Shown here piece after piece: positions 9,482 to 20,480 of a stretch of 64,000 nucleotides of DNA. Within the stretch, counting starts at the first letter, position 1; every line of letters begins with the position of its first letter. The position numbers and the translations under genes are program-made. This stretch comes from Cyanobacteriota bacterium (GTDB lineage: Bacteria; Cyanobacteriota; Cyanobacteriia; Thermostichales; Thermostichaceae). The notes beneath the pieces were generated by a model. That model was not told where the DNA came from. It worked only from the letters and a program-made list of their open reading frames with translations, and did not search any database. The stretch spans positions 32,001-96,000 of the forward strand of contig JANRIL010000041.1 in assembly GCA_033764955.1 (NCBI GenBank), read 5' to 3'.

Positions 9482-11836
9482 ATGGCATTTCAGCAACGTC
9501 AGGGATCCGAACCCGTTTTGCCCAAGATGCGCCGCCCCACCCCCACGGCTGCCCCACCCCCTGCTGGTCAGGCTCATGCACAACGCCGCTCCTACAGTGC
9601 CTACAATCAGCCTTCCCACAAAAGAGGACGGGGCGGCTTTCGCTGGTTTTTCCCCCTTTTTGTGTTGTTGGGTTTTTTGACAGGAGCCGCTTTCTCCTGG
9701 GGCATTGCCCGTCCCGATTGGTCGATTCGTCTGCCAGCCAATCTCTCCGCTCCCCTCTCCTGGGGATCTCCTGCCACCGTCAGTCAGGATCGCACTCTCG
9801 CCAAAGCGGCTCGGTTTACCTCCCTCCCCCTGCCTGTTGCCACCAGCCAGCCGACGGATCCCTTTGCCCTGCATCCTTTGGTGGGGCTGTCCTATGTGCC
9901 CTCCATCATGTATCACGATGTTGTCGGATCCTACAAACAGGTTTGGTTTGACACCACCCAAGCGGAACTACGCCAACATTTTGAGGCGATTCGGGAGGCA
10001 GGCGTTACCCCCATCTCCATCGACCAGCTCTACCAACACCTACAACTGGGGGATCCCTTGCCCCCCAAGGCCATCCTGCTTACCTTTGATGACGCCTATT
10101 TGGGACAATACGAGTTTGCTTATCCTCTCCTCAAAGAATTTAACTACCCCGCCGCCTATTTTGTCCAAACCGCCTTTGTGGGAGTGCCCACCAGCAAAGA
10201 TCACTTTACCTGGGAACAAATGCAGCAGATGGATCGGGAGGGATTAGTCAGCTTTGCCGCCCACACGGTTTCCCATCCCTCAGATCTAAGAGCTTTACCC
10301 GACGACAAACTGCAACGGGAGTTGGTGGAATCGAAGCGGTTGATGGAAGAAAAACTGGGACATGCCATTGAGTATTTTGCCTATCCTGAGGGGAACCGCG
10401 ATGCACGGGTGATCGAGGCCGTCAAAGCAGCGGGCTACAAAATGGCCTTTACGATGGACACTGGATTTACCGGACAGTCCCCCAACCTGTTAGAGGTACG
10501 CCGCTTTAATCAGTTCCGCCTCACCGAGGCGATTGTGGGAGCCAAAACCCTGGCCAGCAAAGCTAATCCCGCCTATGAGCTGGAGGTCAGCACCCCCCTA
10601 CAGGTTAAGACCGAAGATCTGGAGCAAGTGCGAACCCTCACGATTCGCGGGGGACGGATGGCCACCGTACATGCGGATCAACGCTACAACGTGGGTACGC
10701 TAGTTTCCCGCTATCAGGCCACCGCTGGCATCAACGGCAGCTTCTTCTCGATTCCCTGGATCAACGCCTCCAGCAATGTGATGATTGGCCCCGTCATGAG
10801 CGCCAACAGCAAGGTGTTCATTCCGGGGCGACCGGAGGATGATGCCGTGATTCGCGGTAGACCCCTGGTGCTGCTGGGTCAGGATCGCCTGCAATTTGTC
10901 CCTTTTGATCCTGACACCATGAATAGCCTAGAGGAGATTCAGCGGTTGATGCCCGATGTCACGGATCTGTTTGTGGGCGGACTCTGGCTGGTGCGGGATG
11001 GACAACCCCTCACCCCGGCTCAGTTGGATTCCTTCCGGCTCTCCAGTGCCGCCGAGTTTCGCCCCCGTGCCTTTTTGGGAGTGGATCAAGACGGGCTGGT
11101 GGTGGCAGGAGTTACCAAAACCCACGTCAATGCCGCGATCTTGGCTACTATTTTGCCTAAAACAGGGATCCAAGAGGCCATCCTACTCGACTCCGGCTTT
11201 AGCACCTCCCTGATCTACGAGGATGAAATCCTGGCCACAGGACATGCCACCGCCAGCCAACCCAGCCGCCCTGTGCCCCATGTCATCCTGCTTTACGACT
11301 TGCCCAAGCTCTGGCAAACCGGATCCCCAGAGGGTCTGGCCACCCCTCCAGATCGGCTGGAATCCCTGATTAGTAGCCTGCCCACGGAGCAACAAGCCTC
11401 CAGTCGGGCAGTTCTCTCGGCGGTTTTGTCGGGACAGCAGGTGTTGCGCCGAGGGGATCGGGGGAGTGCTGTTGCTGCTGTGCAAATTGGTTTAGCCCGC
11501 TTAGCCGCCAGCCAAGGCCAAACAGGCTTGCTGCCCTCCGGCCCCGATGGTGTCTATGGACGAGAACTGGGACAAGCCCTAATGGTGCTGGGGCTAACCA
11601 TAGATACGACTGCTTCCTCGACTTCTTCCTCACTCCCGTCAGCCAGTCCTACCCCCTTGGCTGGCCCCGGTTCCGCCCCCCTCGTCACCGAGTTTGTGGA
11701 TACCCTGGATGCTTCTATCCTCAACCGCCTCTTAGATCAGGTACAACAAGCCCCTCCCGCCGTCTTGGTTAGCACCACCCTGACTCGTCAACCGCCTGAC
11801 CTCAGCCGCAAACCCAGCCGTAAGCCCCTCTCTTAG
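9482..11836 (+). CDS. Membrane-anchored polysaccharide deacetylase + phosphodiester glycosidase (NAGPA-like) + putative peptidoglycan-binding domain
   Basis: TM segment; MYHD, LTFDD, HTVSH, FAYPEG (NodB); INGSFF, RPRAFLG, LDSGFS; C-terminal LRRGDRG..DGVYG. Confidence 0.8.
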   Translation: MAFQQRQGSEPVLPKMRRPTPTAAPPPAGQAHAQRRSYSAYNQPSHKRGRGGFRWFFPLFVLLGFLTGAAFSWGIARPDWSIRLPANLSAPLSWGSPATVSQDRTLAKAARFTSLPLPVATSQPTDPFALHPLVGLSYVPSIMYHDVVGSYKQVWFDTTQAELRQHFEAIREAGVTPISIDQLYQHLQLGDPLPPKAILLTFDDAYLGQYEFAYPLLKEFNYPAAYFVQTAFVGVPTSKDHFTWEQMQQMDREGLVSFAAHTVSHPSDLRALPDDKLQRELVESKRLMEEKLGHAIEYFAYPEGNRDARVIEAVKAAGYKMAFTMDTGFTGQSPNLLEVRRFNQFRLTEAIVGAKTLASKANPAYELEVSTPLQVKTEDLEQVRTLTIRGGRMATVHADQRYNVGTLVSRYQATAGINGSFFSIPWINASSNVMIGPVMSANSKVFIPGRPEDDAVIRGRPLVLLGQDRLQFVPFDPDTMNSLEEIQRLMPDVTDLFVGGLWLVRDGQPLTPAQLDSFRLSSAAEFRPRAFLGVDQDGLVVAGVTKTHVNAAILATILPKTGIQEAILLDSGFSTSLIYEDEILATGHATASQPSRPVPHVILLYDLPKLWQTGSPEGLATPPDRLESLISSLPTEQQASSRAVLSAVLSGQQVLRRGDRGSAVAAVQIGLARLAASQGQTGLLPSGPDGVYGRELGQALMVLGLTIDTTASSTSSSLPSASPTPLAGPGSAPLVTEFVDTLDASILNRLLDQVQQAPPAVLVSTTLTRQPPDLSRKPSRKPLS

Positions 11837-11995
11837 ACCAACACTGCCGATGTGCCCCCAGAATTTGAGGGATCCCCAGACCTTCCGTAATTGGTGATAC
11901 ATCCATCCTGAGTTTTAGTGCCTATACTAAACACAATTATTTTGTTAGCACCATATATGGTGTAGATCGTTGTGTTTAAGGGGTGAAAAGAGTTT

Positions 11996-12214
11996 ATGGT
12001 TGTTCGACAAACGTCCCTTCCGTCCCTGCGCTCCCGATTTTCTCCAGGCACCGCCGTTGAGGTTCTCTATCCCCCCTACGCCCAGGGATCCGTGGGGGTG
12101 ATCGCCGCGCGGGAAAATGCGGAACGCTGGCTAGTTAGTATCCCTAGCAACGATCTCAACCAGGAACCGCTGTTACTCTCGTTACATGAGCTGGAACTGC
12201 AACTGGCCAGCTAG
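11996..12214 (+). CDS. Small hypothetical protein (possible SH3/KOW-like)
   Basis: 72-aa ORF with PGTAVEV..GSVGVI..RWLV pattern. Confidence 0.55.
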   Translation: MVVRQTSLPSLRSRFSPGTAVEVLYPPYAQGSVGVIAARENAERWLVSIPSNDLNQEPLLLSLHELELQLAS

Positions 12215-12426
12215 GGCAAATAGCGTAGAGGAGGAAACCTTTAATCCGCATGATCTCCCAAGCTTTTTCTGGCGATCTGCCGTTACCCTAGAACCTACAG
12301 CTACGTATTTGTGAGGGGCATCCGTAGATATTTCCCTCATTCAGGAGGATATTTCCTGCCTAAGGAGGATCTACCCAGAAGCAGACGTAACTGGACAAAG
12401 CTGGACAACCCAAAGGAAACGAGTGG

Positions 12427-13212
12427 ATGGCAGATCTCAACCCTGGGCTAGGCTCAATTCCTTCCTCGGCTCCTTCGGGATCCGATGTGGTAGGGATTCC
12501 TTTCCCTTTAAGTTCTGATACGTTAGCCCTGCTGGATAGGTTAGCCTATGATACCCAGGGTTTGCTACCCGCCATTGTGCAGGATTATCTGGACGGGGCG
12601 GTGTTAATGCTGGCCTGGATGAGCCGCCAGTCTTTGCAAAAAACCCTAGAAACCGGGCGCACCTGGTTTTGGAGCCGTTCGCGGCAACAGTTATGGCCGA
12701 AAGGAGAAACTTCTGGTCACTGGCAGGAGGTGAAAGCCATTCGCTATGACTGCGACCAAGATGCTCTGCTGATCATGGTGGAACAAAAGGGAGACGTGGC
12801 CTGCCATACGGGATCCCGCAGTTGTTTCTTTCGAGATCTGGTTGGCTTGCCCTCTACTACCCTTGCGCCAGCTTTCTCTGTGGATCCCTCCTCCGGTGAT
12901 AGGGATCACCCTCCCCCCCCTCCCCTAGCCGATACGCTGTCTCAGGTATTTGCGGTGATTCAGCAACGGCAGGCTTATCCTCAGGCCAACTCCTACACCA
13001 ATCAGTTGCTCGATAAGGGGGATAATGCCATCCTGAAAAAGCTGGGAGAAGAAACTGCCGAGGTGGTGATGGCAGTCAAAGATCGGCAGCCGGATGCCAT
13101 CGCTGGTGAAATTGCTGACCTTTGGTATCACTGCCTTGTGGCTCTTGCCTATCATCATGTGGATCTAAAAGATGTCTATCGCAAGCTCCAAGCCCGTCGC
13201 ACCCCCCGCTAA
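12427..13212 (+). CDS. hisIE: Phosphoribosyl-AMP cyclohydrolase/phosphoribosyl-ATP pyrophosphatase
   Basis: KGETSGH, DCDQD, ACHTG..SCF, SYT and KKLGEE motifs. Confidence 0.95.
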   Translation: MADLNPGLGSIPSSAPSGSDVVGIPFPLSSDTLALLDRLAYDTQGLLPAIVQDYLDGAVLMLAWMSRQSLQKTLETGRTWFWSRSRQQLWPKGETSGHWQEVKAIRYDCDQDALLIMVEQKGDVACHTGSRSCFFRDLVGLPSTTLAPAFSVDPSSGDRDHPPPPPLADTLSQVFAVIQQRQAYPQANSYTNQLLDKGDNAILKKLGEETAEVVMAVKDRQPDAIAGEIADLWYHCLVALAYHHVDLKDVYRKLQARRTPR

Positions 13213-13222
13213 CCCTACCGAG

Positions 13223-13825
13223 ATGCCATCCTCCATTGAGATTGTGGCTCACCAGCAGGGGCAGGTTGACTTAGATACAGATGTGCAGGCTTTAGCCCAC
13301 TATCTCAATCATCATCAATCCTGGATTCACCACTGCTTTAAGCCCTTGCAGGTAGAGGCTCTTTCTGAAGACACCTACCGCCTCCAGTTCTTTCGGATTG
13401 GCGGCATGGGCTTTGAACTGGAGCCATGCTTTGGGGTAAAAATCTGGCCGGAAGATCAACAGGTGTTTCGCCTTAGTTCGATTGAATTGCCCAGTGACGC
13501 CGAACTTCCCTACAAAGTGGATTGTCAGTCTTACTTTCAACTAGAAGCATTGCCGGATGCTGGGAATAGTGCTCCACAAACCCGTGTGCATTGGGATTTG
13601 AAGCTGCGAATCGGGATGGAGCTACCCGGCTTTTTGCTAGCTTTGCCCCGTAAATTGGTTCACAAAGTGGGATCCCGTGTGGTTAACCAGGTGACTCGCA
13701 GCATGAGTGATCGCCTCACCCACAATGTCTGTACCGATTTTTATAAGTCCATCAACAAAGCGGGCCGCAAATACCGCTTGATTAGCCTCAGTCATCCTCA
13801 GGCTAAAGCCAATGACTTGGGTTAA
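13223..13825 (+). CDS. DUF1997 family protein
   Basis: YLNHHQSW..CFKP and VHWDL pattern of the cyanobacterial START-like DUF1997 family. Confidence 0.7.
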   Translation: MPSSIEIVAHQQGQVDLDTDVQALAHYLNHHQSWIHHCFKPLQVEALSEDTYRLQFFRIGGMGFELEPCFGVKIWPEDQQVFRLSSIELPSDAELPYKVDCQSYFQLEALPDAGNSAPQTRVHWDLKLRIGMELPGFLLALPRKLVHKVGSRVVNQVTRSMSDRLTHNVCTDFYKSINKAGRKYRLISLSHPQAKANDLG

Positions 13826-13967
13826 GCCAAGGGATCCCTATCCCCCTCGCCGGTTGTCATTCTTAAGGAAGCAAGCTAGGGTGCTATCGGCAAAAGGTTG
13901 GTTAAGGGATCCCCTTTTTCCTTTTGTTATGACCACTTTGTTATGACCACTTCAGAGAGGCTGACGA

Positions 13968-15458
13968 TTGCTGACTATTCCCCTTCTGGCTAGCGCTGCT
14001 ACCGAACTTGAGGTAGCCCATTCTGCCCAACTGGCTCCCTTTGTCCTGATTGCTGTCTTGCTAGCTCTGGTTACGATCTACCTGGCTAGCCGTATCCTGG
14101 GAGAAATCGCCATCCGCCTCAGCCTGCCTCCCGTTCTGGGGGAATTGATCGGGGGGGTGATCGTCGGGTCTTCGCTGCTGAGTCTGCTGGTGTTTGGGGA
14201 GGGGGGAGGAGAAACCCTGACCCATTTGGCTGAGTCCTCGGGCATTATTCGTATCCTCCAGGCAACTGCTGGACTGGAAACAACAGCGATCGGACAGGTG
14301 TTTGCCTCCCAACGGGAAATCGTCGATCTCCTTTCGGAAATAGGGGTGATTATCCTGCTTTTTGAGATTGGTTTAGAGTCTGATCTAAAGGAGCTGATTC
14401 GAGTGGGGCCACAGGCTGCTGTGGTAGCTGTGGTGGGTGTGGCAGTTCCCTTTACCTTGGGTACGCTGGGTTTGATTTTTGCCTTTCATCTGCCGACGAT
14501 TCCATCCGTGTTTGCGGGGGCAGCCTTGACTGCCACTAGCATCGGTATTACGGCTAGAGTGCTGGCGGAATTGCAAAAACTCTCCACCTCCGAAGGGCAG
14601 ATCATCATCGGGGCTGCCGTCTTGGATGATGTTTTAGGAATCATGATTTTGGCGGTGGTGGCAGGGCTAGCCAAAACGGGCGAAATCAATTTGGCCGACA
14701 TTGGCTTGATTGTCGTAAGTGCGGTGGTCTTTTTGGTGGGATCCATTGTATTGGGTCGCCTGCTTAGTCCCTATCTGGTGCAGTTAATCGATCAACTCAA
14801 AACCCGTGGCAACCCGCTGGTTCCCGCTCTGATCCTGGCTTTTGCCCTCGCTTATGTCGGACAAGTCATTCATTTGGAGGCGATTTTGGGGGCATTTGCG
14901 GCGGGTTTGATTTTGGGAGAAACCGAAAAGCGGCATGATTTGGAGGAGCAGATTCGCCCCATTTCCGACCTGTTTGTGCCGATCTTTTTTGTTTGTGTGG
15001 GAGCCAAAACCAATTTGGCGGTTCTCAATCCACTGATTCCGGCCAACCGAGAGGGATTAATTATTGCCATCTTTTTGATTGGGGTGGCAATTGTCGGCAA
15101 GTTGGTGGCGGGGATCGGAGCCTTTGGCAAGCCTGGTATTAACCGCTATGCAATTGGCGTGGGCATGATTCCACGTGGGGAGGTGGGCTTAGTGTTTGCC
15201 GGCGTGGGAGCCGCCAGTGGCGTATTATCCGACTCCCTAGATGTCAGCATTATTGTCATGGTGATTGTCACCACCTTTATCGCTCCCCTCTGGCTACGCA
15301 GTGCCTTGCAGGCAGAACCCAGTCCAGAGGCAACAGGCTCATTGCTGGATTTGCAAGCGCAGGTGGTCGGTGGTGAAGGGGATCCCGATTCCGCTTCTGC
15401 CCAGATGGGATCCCGATTGATCCCAGAGGAAGAGTCATCGGGATCAATTTCTTCCTAA
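13968..15458 (+). CDS. Na+/H+ antiporter (CPA2, NhaS3-like)
   Basis: LFEIGLES, TATSIGIT, AAVLDD and GMIPRGEVG; many TM helices. Confidence 0.9.
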   Translation: MLTIPLLASAATELEVAHSAQLAPFVLIAVLLALVTIYLASRILGEIAIRLSLPPVLGELIGGVIVGSSLLSLLVFGEGGGETLTHLAESSGIIRILQATAGLETTAIGQVFASQREIVDLLSEIGVIILLFEIGLESDLKELIRVGPQAAVVAVVGVAVPFTLGTLGLIFAFHLPTIPSVFAGAALTATSIGITARVLAELQKLSTSEGQIIIGAAVLDDVLGIMILAVVAGLAKTGEINLADIGLIVVSAVVFLVGSIVLGRLLSPYLVQLIDQLKTRGNPLVPALILAFALAYVGQVIHLEAILGAFAAGLILGETEKRHDLEEQIRPISDLFVPIFFVCVGAKTNLAVLNPLIPANREGLIIAIFLIGVAIVGKLVAGIGAFGKPGINRYAIGVGMIPRGEVGLVFAGVGAASGVLSDSLDVSIIVMVIVTTFIAPLWLRSALQAEPSPEATGSLLDLQAQVVGGEGDPDSASAQMGSRLIPEEESSGSISS

Positions 15459-15477
15459 CCCTTGAGTTGTATAACCC

Positions 15478-15675
15478 TTAAATCCCGTCGTAGGGCAGAG
15501 TGGGGGGATCCTCATCGTTCAGGCTGGGGCGAGTGGGTAAGGGGTAGGATTGGGTGTCATCCAACAAAATTAAGACTCGTATCTGACTATGTTTGGGCAG
15601 GATCCGTAGGGCCTCGCTAGGGAGTTTAAGGTTGCCATCCTCCCCCAAATATCCTAAAAATTCATAAGCTTTCAT
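15478..15675 (-). CDS. Small hypothetical protein (MKAYEF-type)
   Basis: 65-aa ORF MKAYEF..GNLKLP..IRVLIL resembling small cyanobacterial antitoxin-like proteins. Confidence 0.55.
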   Translation of the reverse strand: MKAYEFLGYLGEDGNLKLPSEALRILPKHSQIRVLILLDDTQSYPLPTRPSLNDEDPPTLPYDGI

Positions 15676-15779
15676 ATAGCCCGAATCTACTTTGAGTCTA
15701 TTGTGAACTATTGTGAATTTGATCATGAGCCGATGAAACCCAGTCCAATCGTGGCTCAACAGCCATGGGGCTTGTGTCT

Positions 15780-16727
15780 TTAACCTAGCTTTTGCCAATA
15801 GCGTTGCAGCCCTTCATAAACGGTTCTTAAGCGATGCCATTGGGCTTGGCTCTCGGCTTGACGGTCAATCATGCTGGCTGTGAGGGGATAGTCAATTACT
15901 CGTGCGGCTCTCGATTGGTAGTGCTCCAGTGCCACTAACCCCCTTTGGCTAAACTGCCGCAGATAGATCTCTGCCGCGTTTTGACACCCCTGAATGACCA
16001 CATCTTCATAGGAAACTTGCCGGAAGGGTTGCGGCTTATCGGAAGATCCCCCTTGGTTGAGCAGATAGCTGGCACCGCCTAGGAGTGCCGCCCCAGCCGG
16101 CCCCCCAAACAGCAGACCCACTCCGGTAGCCACGATAACAGGCGTCAAATCTTTGCTGGTGGGAGCCGCCGGTTCAGCGGTTGGTAGCACCACTTGGGGA
16201 TGCTCAGGAAAAACTAAGCTCAAGGGAGCCGGCAGGTTCAGATGAAAGAAATTGGAAGCTTTTTCAATCCATGCCTCCACTGCTCGTCGCTGATCTTCCC
16301 AGGCAGGTCGCAAGTCATGCCGCTCCCAGTCATCAAACTCTAGAGCCTGCAGGGCGCGGCTAGCAGCAGCATGATACTGACTCAGGAGGTGATCGACACT
16401 CAGCCAAGTCTGTAGTGCCTGCCCACTCTTGCGGTATCCTTCCTGCAAAAGAACCTGGGCTTTTTGTTTGAGTTCTAGCTCACGGGCGTTTTTAGCCAAC
16501 TGGGCAACTTGCTCAGCCTCTTGTTCACGGATAGTGGTTTCTAGGGTGTCGATGACTCGCTCCAGTTTCTGCCGCCATGTTTGCAGATCGGGGTCATCGT
16601 TGCGAAAGTTCTGCAACCACGTTTGCAAATCCCCCAAGCCCGTTTTCTGGATGGTAGCCGGATCTAACCCTTGATTAGCGGTCACTAAGAGATTGATCAG
16701 CAACGATAAACGTTCGGAGCGAGCCAT
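15780..16727 (-). CDS. Hypothetical coiled-coil protein with glycine-zipper segment
   Basis: 315-aa ORF; GVGLLFGGPAGAALLGGA. Confidence 0.7.
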   Translation of the reverse strand: MARSERLSLLINLLVTANQGLDPATIQKTGLGDLQTWLQNFRNDDPDLQTWRQKLERVIDTLETTIREQEAEQVAQLAKNARELELKQKAQVLLQEGYRKSGQALQTWLSVDHLLSQYHAAASRALQALEFDDWERHDLRPAWEDQRRAVEAWIEKASNFFHLNLPAPLSLVFPEHPQVVLPTAEPAAPTSKDLTPVIVATGVGLLFGGPAGAALLGGASYLLNQGGSSDKPQPFRQVSYEDVVIQGCQNAAEIYLRQFSQRGLVALEHYQSRAARVIDYPLTASMIDRQAESQAQWHRLRTVYEGLQRYWQKLG

Positions 16728-16891
16728 TTTTACCCTCAGCAGGTCGTGCTTTGATCCTAGCCTTCAGCATGAGAGGTTATCCAGCCTGAGGGGAAGCGTG
16801 GCAGTTCTCCATCTCGATCTGGGTATCCGAACAATGGCATGATAGGACGAGTGTTGCGGGGATCCCTGTTCACCCTAAAGGAGTAAAACCA

Positions 16892-17470
16892 ATGGTTCGC
16901 ACCGCCTCTACGATGTTGGCGCTGGGCACGCAAGCCCCTGATTTTGATCTACCGGATGTGGTTAGCGAAAAAAGAATTTCTCTTGCCAGCTTTGCGGATC
17001 GGGCTGCCCTCTTGGTCATGTTTATTTGCCAACATTGTCCTTATGTCAAGCACGTACAAACCGAGCTAGCTCGCATCGGTCAGGACTATGTAGGGCGGGG
17101 TGTTGGCATTGTGGCTATCAGTGCCAACGATGTTGAAAAATATCCTGACGATAGCCCTGCTAACCTCAAGCTGATGGCAGAAACCCTCGGCTTTCCCTTT
17201 CCCTTGTGCTACGACGAAACTCAAGCTACCGCCAAAGCCTATTCAGCGGCCTGTACCCCCGATTTTTTTCTGTTTGATAGCCAACGCAGACTGGTTTATC
17301 GGGGACAGTTAGATGACAGTCGCCCCAGTCTTGATCTTCCGGTCACGGGGAAGGATCTGCGGACGGCTCTGGAAGGGGTCTTGGCAGGTCAAGCGGAGAT
17401 TCCCAATCAAAAGCCGAGTCTGGGCTGTAACATCAAATGGAAACCGGGCAACGAACCCAACTATGGATAA
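16892..17470 (+). CDS. AhpC/TSA thioredoxin-family protein
   Basis: FICQHCPYV, ACTPDFF and GCNIKW motifs; AAGGAG RBS. Confidence 0.9.
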   Translation: MVRTASTMLALGTQAPDFDLPDVVSEKRISLASFADRAALLVMFICQHCPYVKHVQTELARIGQDYVGRGVGIVAISANDVEKYPDDSPANLKLMAETLGFPFPLCYDETQATAKAYSAACTPDFFLFDSQRRLVYRGQLDDSRPSLDLPVTGKDLRTALEGVLAGQAEIPNQKPSLGCNIKWKPGNEPNYG

Positions 17471-17533
17471 TGGCTGGGATAGGTTTCTGTTATAGTTTAT
17501 AAGCTGGTTGGTAGGATCTTGCCTGCTGACTGA

Positions 17534-17607
<74 letters not shown>

Positions 17608-17735
17608 TGGGCATCAAATGCTTAGCTAGTCAGGGTTTCAGCCATTATTGGCTTCGCTAAACCCTAGCATTTTTTGTGCCGCACGGATCCGTATAGGCAG
17701 TTTTTAAGAGGATTTCAGGTTAGTTTGGGTATGGA

Positions 17736-18731
17736 ATGGGTATGAAGTCTCCAAAAGGGGTAGTAGCAGTTGAGGCATTCCAGAGCCGACTTCGGCTGCG
17801 TTGGCGGCATGATGGAAAGCGGTATACGCTCTCAATTGGTTTGCCAGATTCAAAAGTCAACCGTCAAGTGGCAACCCAGAAAGCGATGCAGATCGAACTA
17901 GATATGGCCAGCGGCAATTTCGACTCTACCCTCAGCAAGTACAAGCCACAGGTTCATACCCAGCTTCATACCCACAAGATGACGGCTCAAAGTCTATTCA
18001 GCAACTATATTGAGTACAAGGCAAATACTGTTCTGCCCAAAACTCTCGATAACTATCGGGTGGTGCCACGATATCTCCATCTATTTTTCGGTCAAAAAGC
18101 CGCTGAATCGATCACATCAGAAGAGGTGGTGAAGTTTGTTGAGTGGTTTGGGCGAGAAGCTACGCTTATACCTAGAGTTCAGCGGGAAAAAGTCGCTATG
18201 ATTCGTTCCGCTTGGGAGTGGGCGATCAAAAACAGACTTATTGAAATCACTCTAAACCCCTGGGAGGATGCCCCCCTCCGTCTGAAGGTACCGCCAAAAC
18301 AGCCGACAAAGCCTTTCACTCAGGAAGAGATCGAGAAAATTATTCAGGGGTTCCGAACGGATCGATTCTATAGTTTCTATACTGACTTTGTGACATTTCT
18401 TTTTTTAAGTGGCTGCCGAACCGGTGAGGCAATAGGTTTACGCTGGGGATCCGTTAGTGAAGACTGCTCGACGATTTGGATCGGTGAAAGTATGGTTAGG
18501 GGTGAAAGAAAATCAACCAAAACTAATAGAGCCAGAGTCATCGCAGCATCAAAAAATCTACAGCAGATGCTCAAACAACGACGCACCTCTTCTGTTGAGC
18601 CAGACCAACTAGTCTTTCCATCTCCCACAGGGAAATCAATTGATGATCATTGTTTTTCTCAGCGATCTTGGAGATCAGTATTAGGAAAATTAAATATTGG
18701 GAACCTCGAAAAATACAATACTCTCCTATAG
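17736..18731 (+). pseudogene. Tyrosine integrase with N-terminal arm-binding domain, C-terminally truncated by an IS
   Basis: Next to tRNA-Pro; SGCRTGEAIGL box I present; H-x-x-R/Y box II absent; frame runs into the IS end at 18699. Confidence 0.85.
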
Positions 18732-19981
18732 CCAAGCGACTCAAGTAGGAGAGCACTCGTCATTGAAGCTCTTGTCAAATCAATTGGGCTTCTTATACTT
18801 GTTACCAATTTAATTTATTAGTTTGTCTCAGTACTTACTTTTCGATTCCTCAAAATCCTCCCTGTCTCTGATGCACCGCTTGCTTCTCCCAATAGATATA
18901 TCGCTTAAAGTTATAAGCTAGATTCCTTAGCCCAATCACTGTCTTTGCCCTAGCAATTCCTATCGTCTCAATCAGTTTCCCTCCCATCTCGTTCACCCAT
19001 GTACCAAAGTTATGCTCGACCTTAGCCCTAGTCTTTGACCGTTCATGGTTCTTCCGTTTCTGTTCCTCACTAAGCTCTTGATTCCGGTATTTCCTCTCAT
19101 GTATCTGGCTCTCATATCCCAGCAAACCTAAAACCTTCTCTTCTAAATCACTGCGATAAGCACTGTCTCCCCACAATTGATCTGAATCATTCTCTACATC
19201 CAGTAAAGCTGTCAACATTTGCGAGTCATGCACCGCCGCATCAGTCACCTCATAGCATCGAATAAACCCATATCTTACATCCACACTTAGATGGTTCTTA
19301 TAGCCATAGTATGATTGACCATTTTTGTCCAGCGTGCATCTCTGTCCTTCTGACTCACTTTTTTAGGCTTATCTTCCCACCCCTCTGGAAACTTTCCCTC
19401 TTTCATCTGTGCATTCTCTTTCTTGCTATTATGTTGCTTGGGTACTGGCACTAAACTGGCATCGACAATCTGACCTCCTCTGGCTTCATATCCTTGTTCG
19501 GTTAAATAGTCATTGAACTGTATAAACAGATCCTTTGCATAACCTCCTTTGACAAGCTGCTCCCGAAATAGCCATACTGTTGTCGCATCAGGAACCCTAT
19601 CTTCCAAGCCTAACTCCAAAAACTCCATAAATGAGAGTCGGTCATTCACCTGGTACTCTAGTTCACTATCACTGATATTGTAGAGACGCTGAAGAATCAA
19701 CATCTTAAACATTAGAATCACATCAATTGGCTTACGACCTGCTAGACTCTTGCGTGCTTTTTGATGAATACTCTCCAACTCCAAGCGAAATTCCTCCCAC
19801 GGAATCATTCTCTTCAAACGCAAAAGCATGTCTTTCTGTTCCGTAAGCTTTTCTTTTCGTTTCTCTAGATCCCAAAATCCCTGCTGACCCATTGCTATCC
19901 TTATGATTTATCTCCTTAAACAATCTCATAAACTATAGAAAGTCGCCAGTCAAATCCCTCAATTGATTTATCGATGTGCCC
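18699..19981 (-). mobile_element. IS5-family insertion sequence (~1283 bp)
   Basis: Imperfect 16-bp terminal IRs (GGGAACCTCGAAAAAT / GGGCACATCGATAAAT, 13/16), TATT on both sides, internal DDE transposase. Confidence 0.85.
18850..19892 (-). pseudogene. IS5 transposase split by a frameshift near 19320
   Basis: DRLSF..PDATT, VDAS, GDSAY and RAKVEH motifs; after WTK the expected NGQSYYGYKNHL continues in another frame at an A-run. Confidence 0.85.
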
Positions 19982-20360
19982 TATTGCGAAGCTTCCCTGT
20001 CCACTTTGATGTGTTTTTATCGATTCCTTTAGTGAAGGATAAACGATTCCAAACTCTATCATCGTGGATTGGGATTGCCTTTTCTTTGGGTAACCAGACG
20101 ATCGGTTTAACCTTAAAGCGAACCACAAAAGGGTCATCCTGAGGAAGAAAAACTGGGTCATCATCTGAGAAGCATTCGCTTTGCACCTCAAAAACCCCTA
20201 TCCATCGAGATAGCTTAGTCATGTAACAGATAAACTTATCGCCAATCTTAATCCGGCTTGCGGCATTTTGTTGACGTAAACGAAACCCAGAAACAGCACG
20301 ATTTGACTGCGAGAATACTTCATAAGTTTCTGGGGAAAAGAGATTCAGGTAGTACGCCAA
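19982..20360 (-). pseudogene. EVE/PUA-like domain protein, probably truncated by the IS
   Basis: MAYYLNLFSPETY..IKIGDKFICY..RWIGVFEV..RFKVKP; GAGGAG RBS; frame ends a few codons into the IS end. Confidence 0.6.
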
Positions 20361-20480
20361 CTTCTAATGCTCCTCGTCTTACATCCCCACCTGATTCTAA
20401 GCAATGAAATAGAGGTGGTCACCCTACGGGCAATTTCGCAGTTGCTTCCTCACCAAAAGCTCAAGCCACCTAACAACAAC

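Noticed and set aside
13924..13951. 14-bp tandem duplication upstream of the antiporter
   Set aside because: Only two copies; likely slippage with no evidence of function
19315..19330. Programmed frameshift in the IS5 transposase
   Set aside because: Only a short A-run, and the expected WTKKNG is shortened; simple deletion is more likely, though not proven
20360..20480. attR (duplicated tRNA-Pro 3' end)
   Set aside because: No convincing copy of the tRNA 3' end found by eye
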